Virus record (IMG/VR): IMGVR_UViG_3300020221_000020
Location: 1 to 57,368 of that record
Strand: one strand, 5' to 3'
Length of the DNA stretch: 57,368 nt
DNA from: a virus
Lineage: Duplodnaviria > Caudoviricetes
Positions 47,901 through 57,247 of the stretch are shown here, piece after piece. Numbering within the stretch: the first letter of the stretch is position 1; each line of letters begins with the position of its first letter. Both the position numbers and the translations under genes were made by a program. Under the pieces are notes generated by a model. The model saw nothing but the letters and a program-made list of their open reading frames with translations, searched no databases and was not told where the DNA came from.

Positions 47901-50900
47901 CCAGCTGGATGCACAGTTTGCTCAACCAACTTTTTCCAGATATTAATGGGTGATTTTGATTTTACAACATAGGAATAATCTTGATAGAAATAAGAATCTG
48001 ATAATTTTTGATTTCCTACAGATAATTTTCCCTTATCTGTATCATAGTATCCAGCATTATCATAATATGATCTAATATCAGAGGAAAATATACTATAGAA
48101 TACTTTATTAACTAGAGCAACATTTTTTTTAGATTGTCCAATAATTTGTAATCCAGATTTAAATTCTCCTATTACATTAATAAGTTTGATTATATTAATT
48201 TTATTTTTATATCCATCTACAGAAATTCTTCCTTCTGCAATCAAAGAATTATTTTCATATTGTTTGACTATTTCACCATTTAAAAAACAATTTTCAGTAA
48301 AATTAGATAGTTGTAAAATTTGATGAGATGTGTAAACAGATGATAAAGAAAAATCATCATAATAATTAGATCCATTATAATCAATTCTAATATTATTTGG
48401 TATTCCTATATTATTACTTCCAAAATAAGCGATTACATCTGTTTCAACCACAATCATTAATGGTTTTGTTTTATAAACAATATTATAATCTTTTGGCAAT
48501 ATTGCTATTATTTCTCCACTGTTTCCTTTTACAATTTCAAATTCTGGAAAAATGTCACTGTTTAAAATTACAACAGATGGTTTTGAATATCCACTGCCAG
48601 AAAGACTTACAGACACGGACAATATTTTTCCTGTCAATTGATCATAATTAACATTTGGAATACATTCAAATGCAGGAGAAACTCTAATACCACGAATTAT
48701 TGGTAATTTTTTATATAATTTTCCCGTATTTGTAATTTTTAAAGAATCGATTTTTCCAATTGCAAAAATTGAAGAAGTAGTGTAATTAAAACTACCAGAT
48801 CCATCATATTGAGGAATTTTATCTAATTTATAAGCAAATGATTTTGGCGAAACATAAGATACTACCTTTTCTCCTTGTAAAGGATCGTCTATTACTGATA
48901 AGTAAGAATTTTCTGAGTCTATAACACCAGATTTATCATAGTAAAAATAATTTGTAAAATCTAATGATTTTTTTTGTGTATAATTATTTAATGGCGAAGA
49001 ATCACCAAAACCAAATTTAACTGAAATAAAAGAATTAGATTCTGACCCAGATCCAGGCAAAGAATTTCCTTTAATAACTTCTGTAGTAACTAAATTTCTG
49101 TTATTACTTGGTGAAAATTCTAAAAATGACCCAGCTAAAGATGGATGATTTGTGATAAATTTATACTTATAATATTTTTGTATTTCTATAACAGGATTTT
49201 TTATCCAAGGACCGTTAATAGATTTTGAAAATTCAAACTTGTAATTTGCATCCTTAATAATAGAATCAACACGCACTAATTTTACTGGAGTACTATTATC
49301 AAAAAATGTTGATGCGAATGATAATTTTGTAATAGATTCTAATGTTTGATTATTGTCAAAGATAACAGTTAATTCTTGTCTTTCCGAATTATACTCATTA
49401 ATTACAGCATCTCCAGTTGAAGGTCCAATTCTATTACCAATAGTAAAATTATATTTTGCATTATTAACAAATACTGTTTGATTTGAGAAATGATTTACAG
49501 CTGCCGTATTTTGAATACCCCTAGTTACATTGATTGTATTGTTTAATATAGAATTAACAGACATTAATTCATCATTAACCTTTAAAATATCACCGTTTGA
49601 TATCCCAGATACATCATTTACTATTAATTTTGTTTGTGTTTTTCCAAGACCAACATGAGTAACTTCTAGATATAATACAGATTGACTTAATGATCCAGAA
49701 AGTCTTTGAAGACTAGAATTTAAAACAGTAAGGACATCTCCAATTTGATACCCACTACCCTTTCCAATAATTACTACACCATTTTCCGTGACAGATCCAT
49801 TGACAACCGTTATAGTTGCTCTTGCATTACCAGGAGCGCCTGGAGACCCAACAAAAGCATTTGAAGAGACTATAATACCATTTTGATTTCTACATTTTGT
49901 TTGATCTGCAAAAATTAATTCTATGTTAGAATAAGTTGCCGACCCAGCATTTGCATAATCAGATCCTCCGTTTAAACGTTTTGTTACGCCAACACCAGAA
50001 TCATTTATAGTTGTGGTAAATGATGGAGTAAATAATTTTACTGTTTGATATATTCTTTTTCTGACATAATAATTTGTAGTAGTTGTAGAATCATTTGGAT
50101 TGATATCAACAAATATTTTATCATTTTCTGTTATCTTATGTTCGGTATTGGTTTTAATTAATCCAATATTTTCATTTAATGAAAATATTTCTATATTTTT
50201 ACTCAACTCATCTATTTGAAATACTCTACTGCCTACCGTATCATCAATATTGTTTGTTTTTAAGTAAAAACTTGCCGATGTTGTAAATGTACCATCTAAT
50301 ACCTTAATTTTTACTGTATTTCCTCCTATCACCTCTTCTAAAATTTGTCCTCTGCCATTTTCACTAGTTGCGACTACTCCAAATGTGGCAGCATTTTGTA
50401 AAGAAATTGGATTTCCATTAGGAGTCTCGGAAATCTTAAATTGGTTGGTTGTAGAATTTTTAACATAGTAAATTTTATTTGCAATGATACCATTAGATGA
50501 TTGTGGAAAAACTATTCCACTGCCATCTGTAAATGGATTAAAAGCTACTTTTAAAAAATTATTTTGTATGCTTAATACCGTTACTTCTTTACCAGTAGTG
50601 AGACTTATTATTGCATTTTTTGTATAGAATGATTCTGTGTCCAGAATTAAATTTAAAACTCTAATATTAGAGTTTAATTTGTTTACGGTATCAAAATTTC
50701 CAGAAACATTTCTAAAAACAAATTTATTTGCCGAAAAAATATTACCAACAACTTCACCATTTGCTCCAGTACCTTCTTGTGTAATTATTGACCCATCAAA
50801 AAAATAAACTGGTGTTTTTGATTCTATTAATACTGCTTTTGTTTGCTGAGATTCTATAGATACAATATTTTCTCCCTTTAAAGAAGCAACATCTGCACTT

Positions 50901-53785
50901 GCTTCTTTGCCATTTGTGTCAAAATTATCTATAATTACCGAAGACCCAACAGAAAACTTATTATGTGAATTTTCAACCACAGAAGATGTAATATTACCCT
51001 CTTTTGTTGTTTCTACGATTGCTTGTGCTCCAATGCCATTATTAGGCATAGAAGATAATCTTAATCTTCTTGAATTTGAAGGAAGATTAGTGTGTTGTAT
51101 TTTATTAGTATAATTTGATTCAACGGGAATAGAATAATATCTATTTCCTAAAATATAAGGAAATTCTGGTTGATTAGAAGAATTAATAGTAATGAAATAA
51201 GCATAAACTCCTTCTGGATAATCTGGTGTTACACAATATCTTCCATTATTATCATCTAAATCTCCAAACCTATGTTGATATCTGTAATCTTCAATAAAAT
51301 ATCCTAATGGGTAACTGGAAATATTTGGTCCTCCAGTTCTTTCAGTTTTTAATCTGTAACTCGTTTCCATTCTCTTTATCGAAGAAGATGGATTCAAAGG
51401 ATCTGTATAAGCATATGGACCATAAATTGGGTTGCCATCATATGCATATCCCAAAATAGGCGAGTGCTGAGAAGAATTAGTATCTCCTAGTTGATTTCGT
51501 AATGCAACTGGATTAGCGATGTGAGCATAACCATAACCAAAAGATCTTTCAATATTTTCAAAATAAAAACCATTATTGGAGTCTAAATTAGATGTATATC
51601 TTTGATACCTGTTTATTTTCCATCGCTTTACTTTAGTAACAGCAGTTGCACCTTCTCCATCTGGAATTATTTGTATTCTAATATTTCCTTGTGTATAAAA
51701 CTTGCCTTCCTCTACTTTGATAGTATCAATTAACTTACCATCTGTAGAAATAACCGCTTTATATTCTGCTAGTTTTCCAGCGTTTGTTATGTCACTAATA
51801 ACAATTTTTGGCGGGGATGAATAATACTCTCCAGGATTGTCAATAATTAATTTTGTAACTTTATCTTTTGTGACTACAGCACTTATTACAGCACCTCTAC
51901 CAGAGCTAATCAAAACCTCTGGATCTGTTTCAAATTTTTCTCCAGGAGAAGCTATTTCAATTCGGTCAATTACTTCACCAGACAAAACTGCTTTTGCTTT
52001 TGCTCCTTTATCGCCGCTTATAATGACATAAGGTGGTGCTTTGTAACCCTTTCCTTTGTTTGTTACATTGATAGAAACTACACCACCAAAAATTACATCA
52101 TTTTCAACTAAATTATTTTGGGAATTAAAAACAGAATCGTAATCTTTATATCCATATGCCAAAACACCATTCAAAAATACTCCAACATCTCTAATTCCAG
52201 TTTCATATAATTCAGTAGTCCTTGATGGATACTTTTTAATTAATTTTAAATGTTTTTGATCTTTAAATGCAATTCCAGTAAAATTACCGATAGTATATGA
52301 AGGATACCCAGATGATGCAATATAATAATATTGATCATCTTCATAAATTGCCGCTACATTATTCAATACTTCATTTAATCCTGCAACATTACTATAAGAA
52401 ACATTATTATTTAAAATCCAACGATTTGCAGATAAAAGTTTACTATAAATTACAGGATTTCTAGTTTCAAATCCAGGTTTACTAATTTGTACAGTATCTC
52501 CTTCAGATGAAAAGGGCGTTCCTGAAGAAACATTGATATTATATAAAATTCCCAATGCCAAAAACTTAATTTTTTGTGTTACTCCATTGATGACAACATC
52601 TACAGACAATGTTGCATAATTATAAACGGGAGTATTTACTGGATAATCTCCATTTCCAGATCTTGAGTCTATTTCAAATTGATTTACAGTTTTATCTTTA
52701 AATGTAAAAGTTTCATTTCCGATTAAAACTTTTCCTTTAGTGTTTTTCCAACCAGTTGCTGAAAAAACATTAATTTTACTATTATTAGTTGCGGTAGGAA
52801 GCAGTCTTTTTGTTAGAAAAGTTTTTTGTGCTACTTTAAATTCTCCAACTATACTATTTGGAGAAATTACGATTTCGTAAATACTTTCATTATCATAATT
52901 TCCTAAAAATAAAATATTATCTACGATGCCAAAACTATTCCTTACGGAAGAATTGTAAATATCCTCTTCCTGGATTATTTTTTGACCAATTACTGATAAA
53001 ATATCATTCTGATTAATTTGACTAATTATTTTTACTTTTAACGCATATTTTCCAATCCAATTAGAAGTAGAAGTTTTTAAAGTATTGTCTTTTGGGTAAT
53101 AAATGGAAGGAATATCATTTGCATCTTGAGCAACAATTGAATTAAAAATAAATTTAATTGACTGATCTGTTCCTTTTGCTCTATAGAATTGTTTGATGTT
53201 TTTAATTAAAGTTCTTTTATCTACTTCTGGTTTTAAAGATTCTTCTGGGAATGATGCTAGATATTGCGTTTCATAATTTTTAACAAAAGCATATAAAAAT
53301 AAGTTACTAATGTTAAAAACTTGTGCTCCAATTAAATGTTGGAATCCTGTGGATAAATTATGGGATTCTACTGTTTTATATTTTGATGTATTATATAAAT
53401 CTCCTAATTTTGTAGTCCCACTAAGATTTCTCTTGCAATTTACAAATGAAGTTGGTGTTTTAGAAGCATAGAAAATAATTTCATCATCTATCATTACATA
53501 ACCATTTTTTTCTGGAAACGCATATGTATCAGAAACATTGATTGTAGTAGAATTACTAGAAACATTACTAGTTAATGTAGTATATTCTGATAATAAATCT
53601 TTTTCGTAAGTATCAATATCGCTATACTTAGTTAAATTTTGAATAATATCAAGAGGTTGCCCAGTAAGCTCTAGTTGCTCGTAATACTTTTGTAAAAACG
53701 AAGCAAATTTTGGATATTCACTAGAAATAAACTCGGGTAGTTGACGATCAACTAATGTAGAAATTCTTTTCTGAATGGTTGCCAT
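44942..53785 (-). CDS. gp7: Baseplate wedge initiator (cyanophage-type gp7, 2947 aa, with a YHYH-like domain)
   Basis: QLPEFI..EYP.F..FL..YY, IKNIKQFYRAKGT, HSPILGYAYDGNPIYGPY, DSYFYQDYSYVVKS, VHPAGFKMFGE; between gp6 and gp8. Confidence 0.88.
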   Translation of the reverse strand: MATIQKRISTLVDRQLPEFISSEYPKFASFLQKYYEQLELTGQPLDIIQNLTKYSDIDTYEKDLLSEYTTLTSNVSSNSTTINVSDTYAFPEKNGYVMIDDEIIFYASKTPTSFVNCKRNLSGTTKLGDLYNTSKYKTVESHNLSTGFQHLIGAQVFNISNLFLYAFVKNYETQYLASFPEESLKPEVDKRTLIKNIKQFYRAKGTDQSIKFIFNSIVAQDANDIPSIYYPKDNTLKTSTSNWIGKYALKVKIISQINQNDILSVIGQKIIQEEDIYNSSVRNSFGIVDNILFLGNYDNESIYEIVISPNSIVGEFKVAQKTFLTKRLLPTATNNSKINVFSATGWKNTKGKVLIGNETFTFKDKTVNQFEIDSRSGNGDYPVNTPVYNYATLSVDVVINGVTQKIKFLALGILYNINVSSGTPFSSEGDTVQISKPGFETRNPVIYSKLLSANRWILNNNVSYSNVAGLNEVLNNVAAIYEDDQYYYIASSGYPSYTIGNFTGIAFKDQKHLKLIKKYPSRTTELYETGIRDVGVFLNGVLAYGYKDYDSVFNSQNNLVENDVIFGGVVSINVTNKGKGYKAPPYVIISGDKGAKAKAVLSGEVIDRIEIASPGEKFETDPEVLISSGRGAVISAVVTKDKVTKLIIDNPGEYYSSPPKIVISDITNAGKLAEYKAVISTDGKLIDTIKVEEGKFYTQGNIRIQIIPDGEGATAVTKVKRWKINRYQRYTSNLDSNNGFYFENIERSFGYGYAHIANPVALRNQLGDTNSSQHSPILGYAYDGNPIYGPYAYTDPLNPSSSIKRMETSYRLKTERTGGPNISSYPLGYFIEDYRYQHRFGDLDDNNGRYCVTPDYPEGVYAYFITINSSNQPEFPYILGNRYYSIPVESNYTNKIQHTNLPSNSRRLRLSSMPNNGIGAQAIVETTKEGNITSSVVENSHNKFSVGSSVIIDNFDTNGKEASADVASLKGENIVSIESQQTKAVLIESKTPVYFFDGSIITQEGTGANGEVVGNIFSANKFVFRNVSGNFDTVNKLNSNIRVLNLILDTESFYTKNAIISLTTGKEVTVLSIQNNFLKVAFNPFTDGSGIVFPQSSNGIIANKIYYVKNSTTNQFKISETPNGNPISLQNAATFGVVATSENGRGQILEEVIGGNTVKIKVLDGTFTTSASFYLKTNNIDDTVGSRVFQIDELSKNIEIFSLNENIGLIKTNTEHKITENDKIFVDINPNDSTTTTNYYVRKRIYQTVKLFTPSFTTTINDSGVGVTKRLNGGSDYANAGSATYSNIELIFADQTKCRNQNGIIVSSNAFVGSPGAPGNARATITVVNGSVTENGVVIIGKGSGYQIGDVLTVLNSSLQRLSGSLSQSVLYLEVTHVGLGKTQTKLIVNDVSGISNGDILKVNDELMSVNSILNNTINVTRGIQNTAAVNHFSNQTVFVNNAKYNFTIGNRIGPSTGDAVINEYNSERQELTVIFDNNQTLESITKLSFASTFFDNSTPVKLVRVDSIIKDANYKFEFSKSINGPWIKNPVIEIQKYYKYKFITNHPSLAGSFLEFSPSNNRNLVTTEVIKGNSLPGSGSESNSFISVKFGFGDSSPLNNYTQKKSLDFTNYFYYDKSGVIDSENSYLSVIDDPLQGEKVVSYVSPKSFAYKLDKIPQYDGSGSFNYTTSSIFAIGKIDSLKITNTGKLYKKLPIIRGIRVSPAFECIPNVNYDQLTGKILSVSVSLSGSGYSKPSVVILNSDIFPEFEIVKGNSGEIIAILPKDYNIVYKTKPLMIVVETDVIAYFGSNNIGIPNNIRIDYNGSNYYDDFSLSSVYTSHQILQLSNFTENCFLNGEIVKQYENNSLIAEGRISVDGYKNKINIIKLINVIGEFKSGLQIIGQSKKNVALVNKVFYSIFSSDIRSYYDNAGYYDTDKGKLSVGNQKLSDSYFYQDYSYVVKSKSPINIWKKLVEQTVHPAGFKMFGEVSIDVTASTQMPENQRILDNVSIIELWNEKTNRVTIESTRQQITQTIIDVKDNNIRRGKGSVFASSIDTSETISYSFSLQQVFDGDFNQSGNRVGRKTFNMIVSGVGPLNVSNVNNLVITLDGVLQEPGRAFTVSGSTITFAQAPLGQRISNNQIVEAQKFVGRLVRFKNNSFNSQYFKKIKNIENDFNGIKTRFPLYYEDDTNAILDAKENLIVSLDGVLQENKMTPLIPATSSYYIDRTKTPNEIVFVAPPTKINEENRQKFFAYSVGNYERLEIDERLFTGERRGPFILRSVLGKRTISVDSDRSILLFREGILQVRNRDYTITGSDIIFSEAPKPGQKINVLYLYGRQTIPKLTFYNFENNKFFNVINIVVNGAVSFKELSDRSTVYQGNSLGQWEAVGEVLQYSKTPGQLTTRFIIRQQNNKFSSLKDLKFVPTGGLSEYVIPSNQIASISSFTEDDEKNELVFKTKAGWMVGTELLPKYENNLDIGDLVKIDGERDYRQILEIPETLKKLGHRPEDLIEENHYGLVDVTQYNGIIDGVGLSVLASVNGGKVTSLTWNNRKYEEFAVRIYDGIILPKTIYGRNTIVELTNPNLVRLRDNTTILVTNKNDAIIEYRGISIQPNAYGYDKTPQLVFVPQPQRDSFGNIIGPVTGGGASGFVVMDRGEIIDIVITNPGSGYITPPKVYVTRGYSIYKSPQKVISSRTDLLLSPQIFLDTTVSRLISIIKTPSDSPEIQTISDVRCFYDSTNPTIIITPPPKDAEIKKVNRDITSIITLDPPEFISITNISYERLSKFFFPPVISTIQSLTKTTTVIADFGAVDTYYTGLNNDKYHFGKLGNRFEVYENIKFITDYGLANVSEQNTLEMMEIYYPNITLGDFSDGYASSTGISGSVWELTWPSVNEFGAILDSGLNTTDTIVYIPNTSRYPNTGKLLIGDEIVTYTNKLSDRFIGCVRGAENTVAKSHNAGDYLRSLL

Positions 53786-53789
53786 CTAA

Positions 53790-55601
53790 TTACTCTTGTA
53801 CAATCGTAAATTTACTATTTGTAATATCGACATCGAGAAACATTTCTCTAGCAGACACAATATCATTTGAAGCTGGTTTTACACGAATTTCAATTTTATC
53901 ATCGGGAAAAGATCCTTTTAAAATAATTAAATTATTCATCATCAATTCCCCTTTGCCATAATCTACTTGACCAAGTTGTGGGTTTAAGACAATTTTATCA
54001 CCAGTTATACTATCTAGACGATATAAAATAAGTTTTCCTTTTCTATCTTCAATATAAACTTGATATTGAGGAAACTCTCTAACAGTAAATGGTGTGCTGC
54101 TTACTACTGGCAAATCATCGACTAAAAATGGGTTTTTATAACAAATTTCATAATAATATTTTGAGTTAATAGCAGGATAAAAATCTTTTCTCATCATCAC
54201 TGTAGTCAAATTAGATTTGATCGATGATTCTGCATCATCAATGACACCAACAAATTTACTGTATCTAAATTTACCATCAAATTTTTCTGTATCGGAGAGA
54301 AAAATATAATCTTCTATATTTTTAATTACCAACGAAAGAATTTTGTCGTTTTTATATGTTGTTTTTGTTGAGTCATAAAAAATCTTTGAGGTCAACTCAA
54401 CATATAAAATAGATGGATCTACAATTCTAGGAGTTACAGAAGCAACCGAATATTTTTTAAGTTTGTTTTCTAACTCTGTTTTTGTAAATGAAGAAAGTGT
54501 GGTAGAATATCTGGGTTTAATTGCAATCTTGACTACTCCATATTCAGGCGGATCATCTTCTTCTCCACCAAAAGCAGTTATATCAGCAACAGCTGGATAT
54601 AGATTTCTTATTATTGCTTTATAATCTTCTCCAGTAACTGCTCGATCTTGAGTGGCATAATTTTTGGACGCATTAAATTTAATTCTTTCTAAACTTTCTG
54701 AGTATTCGCCGCCTGAAGATGCCGAAACAAGAGTAATTTCTCCTATGTTAAAAGAATAAGCGTTAATACTATTGTTTGTTGATTCTAAATCTTCTACAAA
54801 ACCATTAAATCCAAAATTCTTAGCACCATTTGTTTCTGGACCAGATGTAGTAAGATATGAAATTTCTACATATTCTCCATCCAGTAGTTTTCTACCAAAT
54901 ACACCATCACCAAATTTAATTTCGTAGTTTTCGTCCTCAATTTCTGTTAGAAAGAAAACTTTGCTTCCTGGCAATACATTTAAAATATTTTCTGCATACT
55001 CATACAAATCAAAAGCAGATGACTGAGCAGATTTAAATACCTTCACTCTAATTGTTGTGGTATCAATATTTTGATTTTTTAACAAAAATCTTTGATTTCT
55101 CAATGCGCCTAGCACAGTGTGGAAATCAGTTATAATTACTCCAGAATAAATGTTTATATTTTGAAACAGTGCAATACCATTATTAACTGGTGCTCGCACA
55201 TCATCTAAAATAGAATATTGATAAACAGTATTATCAAAAAATGCTGTAAAAGCTTTTCCTCTTCGGATTAAAGCTGTGTTTGGTTTATTTGGCGAAGTAT
55301 ATTGTAGTTTTAAATTAACAGTTGCTTGAGAAGCTGTTGCTGATTTTGGTCTATATCCTAGTTGCTTAGCAATAGCAACAACATTGTCTCTAAGAGTAGC
55401 AGAATCGAGAAACATCTCGTTTGCCACCATGTTTGTATTAAAAGCAGTATAATACGTATTATACGCCAAGACATCTAGCAACTGACTAAGAGCACTCCCC
55501 TCAAAATCATAGTCACTAAATTCCGAATTTGCTCTCAAATAGTCTTTAAGAGACGTTTTTATATTATTAAAGTCTAATTGATTTAATTGAGAGTATGGCA
55601 T
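53790..55601 (-). CDS. gp6: Baseplate wedge subunit
   Basis: LDFNNIKTSLKDYLR, DYDFEGS, LAYNTYY, FLDSATLRDNVV, FGDG, QDRAVT..DY. Confidence 0.96.
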   Translation of the reverse strand: MPYSQLNQLDFNNIKTSLKDYLRANSEFSDYDFEGSALSQLLDVLAYNTYYTAFNTNMVANEMFLDSATLRDNVVAIAKQLGYRPKSATASQATVNLKLQYTSPNKPNTALIRRGKAFTAFFDNTVYQYSILDDVRAPVNNGIALFQNINIYSGVIITDFHTVLGALRNQRFLLKNQNIDTTTIRVKVFKSAQSSAFDLYEYAENILNVLPGSKVFFLTEIEDENYEIKFGDGVFGRKLLDGEYVEISYLTTSGPETNGAKNFGFNGFVEDLESTNNSINAYSFNIGEITLVSASSGGEYSESLERIKFNASKNYATQDRAVTGEDYKAIIRNLYPAVADITAFGGEEDDPPEYGVVKIAIKPRYSTTLSSFTKTELENKLKKYSVASVTPRIVDPSILYVELTSKIFYDSTKTTYKNDKILSLVIKNIEDYIFLSDTEKFDGKFRYSKFVGVIDDAESSIKSNLTTVMMRKDFYPAINSKYYYEICYKNPFLVDDLPVVSSTPFTVREFPQYQVYIEDRKGKLILYRLDSITGDKIVLNPQLGQVDYGKGELMMNNLIILKGSFPDDKIEIRVKPASNDIVSAREMFLDVDITNSKFTIVQE

Positions 55602-55604
55602 TGA

Positions 55605-56003
55605 TTATCTCGTTCTCTGTAAAAGAAATTGGGTTGATAGTGGAGCACCTTCAACTTCTCTACCTATAATTTCAAATTCTATATAAACCTCAAATGCATT
55701 ATTGCCTTCATCGGGAGTAACAATAATGTCTCTAACATTTACCCGAGGCTCATAATTTTGCACCAATAAAAAAATTTCATCTCTTAGAGTAGCAGCAGTA
55801 GCAAAATCTAATAAATCAAACAATAATTCACTAACTCTACTGCCTAGACTAGAATTAAAAGGTCTTTCACCTCTTTTAGTCATCACTAAATTTCGTAAAG
55901 CAGTCTTAATGGCGGTTTCATTTTTAGTTACCACCAAATCTTTTGTATTTGGGTGGGCACCAAATGCCACACTTATGTCCTTAAAGGTTTGAAAGGTGGG
56001 CAT
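55605..56003 (-). CDS. gp25: Baseplate wedge / sheath initiator
   Basis: FKDI...F..HP...DL...KNE.AIK...NL..T..GERPF...G....LLF, YEPRV. Confidence 0.95.
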   Translation of the reverse strand: MPTFQTFKDISVAFGAHPNTKDLVVTKNETAIKTALRNLVMTKRGERPFNSSLGSRVSELLFDLLDFATAATLRDEIFLLVQNYEPRVNVRDIIVTPDEGNNAFEVYIEFEIIGREVEGAPLSTQFLLQRTR

Positions 56004-56026
56004 GAAATACCACTAGAAGTCTAATA

Positions 56027-56034
56027 TATTTATC
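56027..56034 (-). promoter_or_regulatory. Late promoter (GATAAATA) for gp25
   Basis: Intergenic consensus match. Confidence 0.7.
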
Positions 56035-56038
56035 ATGC

Positions 56039-56089
56039 TTGTGTCGGAGATTCGCGCTCACCAGAGGTTTTATGTCGGAGTCCCGCTCA
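56039..56089. repeat. Imperfect ~21-bp GC-rich direct repeat
   Basis: TTGTGTCGGAGATTCGCGCTCA (56039-56060) versus TTATGTCGGAG--TCCCGCTCA (56070-56089). Confidence 0.7.
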
Positions 56090-56296
56090 TAACCATTCTG
56101 CATAATCATCAAAACCATTCTTACCACCACACCACTTTTCCATGCGGTTTTGAGGAATCTTATATTTTTGAATACGTGCTTTTCTTAGCAATGCATCACT
56201 CTTAGGATCTGTAATAAGCACAGAAGTGCCAAAGTCATTTTGCATCATCGAAGGTACATTATCTGGAATTGGTTTGTTAGCCATCTGTTTGTCCAT
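56087..56296 (-). CDS. Hypothetical protein
   Basis: ANKPIPD...DFGTSVLITDP.SD.LL..A; start may be 56284. Confidence 0.65.
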   Translation of the reverse strand: MDKQMANKPIPDNVPSMMQNDFGTSVLITDPKSDALLRKARIQKYKIPQNRMEKWCGGKNGFDDYAEWL

Positions 56297-56326
56297 AAGG
56301 GGTAAACAGAACTTTTAAAGGGGTTG

Positions 56327-56755
56327 CTATCCCTCGACTATTCGATTGTACATCTCTCTTGACCAATAGCGGTAATATTCTGTTTTTCTTAAGTAGTCTC
56401 TAGCATTTAAAAGGTCGTCACGTCGCTGAGCTATAATTAAGTTATGTTTTCCACAATTCGTCTGAATTCCATTAACATAAGATGGTTCGGAGATGTGGTC
56501 ATCTAGAAATATATAGTCTCTATGAATCATGTGGAGCTCAGCGCACCGCTGTAACATCTGAGAAAGTTTACAATCCCCAACTACAAAAATAGCGACATCG
56601 ACTCCTTCAATGGGACCGACATCGCTTAAATTACATTCCTTAATACAATAAGTCGCTTTAGCAGCATATGGACACACAGGAAACCCTCCAAGGTCTTTCT
56701 GTGGTTTTGTAATGCTGTTTATCCAATCATCGATGTCTTCAACGACCTTGCCCAC
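56327..56755 (-). CDS. Hypothetical protein (W...P...L.GFPVCPYA motif, DUF1415-like)
   Basis: Start placed at GTG 56755 with AGAGG upstream. The longer ORF-track start overlaps the upstream 47-aa gene more extensively. Confidence 0.65.
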   Translation of the reverse strand: MGKVVEDIDDWINSITKPQKDLGGFPVCPYAAKATYCIKECNLSDVGPIEGVDVAIFVVGDCKLSQMLQRCAELHMIHRDYIFLDDHISEPSYVNGIQTNCGKHNLIIAQRRDDLLNARDYLRKTEYYRYWSREMYNRIVEG

Positions 56756-56882
56756 GATACCTCTTCTTAGCCCCGTTACGTGCTGTTGCAGCACGATTTG
56801 TATTTTTACTGCGCCCTTGGCGAGTGCATTTGGGTTTTCCAGGAATATAATTTGACTTATTAAAACTAGGAGACTTTGCCAT
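56739..56882 (-). CDS. Small very basic protein (47 aa)
   Basis: Not in the ORF track. MAKSPSFNKSNYIPGKPKCTRQGRSKNTNRAATARNGAKKRYRGQGR; a sigma70-like promoter lies just upstream. Confidence 0.75.
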   Translation of the reverse strand: MAKSPSFNKSNYIPGKPKCTRQGRSKNTNRAATARNGAKKRYRGQGR

Positions 56883-56905
56883 ATAGTTTAAACAACTAAA
56901 AAAAT

Positions 56906-56934
56906 ATTATATCACGAAAAAATTTATGATGCAA
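56906..56934 (-). promoter_or_regulatory. Sigma70-type promoter with extended -10
   Basis: TTGCAT, 17 nt spacer, TATAAT, with TG at the extended -10 position (TGATATAAT). Confidence 0.65.
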
Positions 56935-57247
56935 CCGTCACGGTAGGTACACCGCCACCAGTAATAGGACCAGCGGCGGTTGTCGATCCTACAAACGCTA
57001 ACGGATTTCCACCAACTAAAACTTTTGGAGCTCCACTGGTCACCGTGCCTGTAGCAGTAACACACCCAGGCGGTGTGCCAGCTAGCCATGGAGTTACTGG
57101 AGAATTAACAGTTGCTACTGGCACACCACCTATCAATACGGTTTGATTGACAGGCGGAACAGAAATGCCAGTTTGCACAGTAGTCGTTGTTTGGCAAGGT
57201 CCTGTATTAATTGTAATTATACTTCCTTGCGTTGCTACTTGTGGCAT
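56924..57247 (-). CDS. PAAR-like spike-tip protein (T4 gp5.4-like)
   Basis: VAT.GS, TVLIGGVPVATV, SGAPKVLVGGNPLAFVGS, ITGG...V.V repeats; 107 aa; near gp25. Confidence 0.8.
   Translation of the reverse strand: MPQVATQGSIITINTGPCQTTTTVQTGISVPPVNQTVLIGGVPVATVNSPVTPWLAGTPPGCVTATGTVTSGAPKVLVGGNPLAFVGSTTAAGPITGGGVPTVTVAS

Noticed and set aside
34430-53785. Very large gp7 and VrlC-like genes, and no recognisable gp9-gp12, wac or gp24, as a novelty
   Set aside because: This is the usual architecture of T4-like cyanophage structural regions.
56907-57089. 60-aa minus-strand ORF overlapping the PAAR gene
   Set aside because: Alternative frame of the PAAR gene with no RBS or recognisable features.
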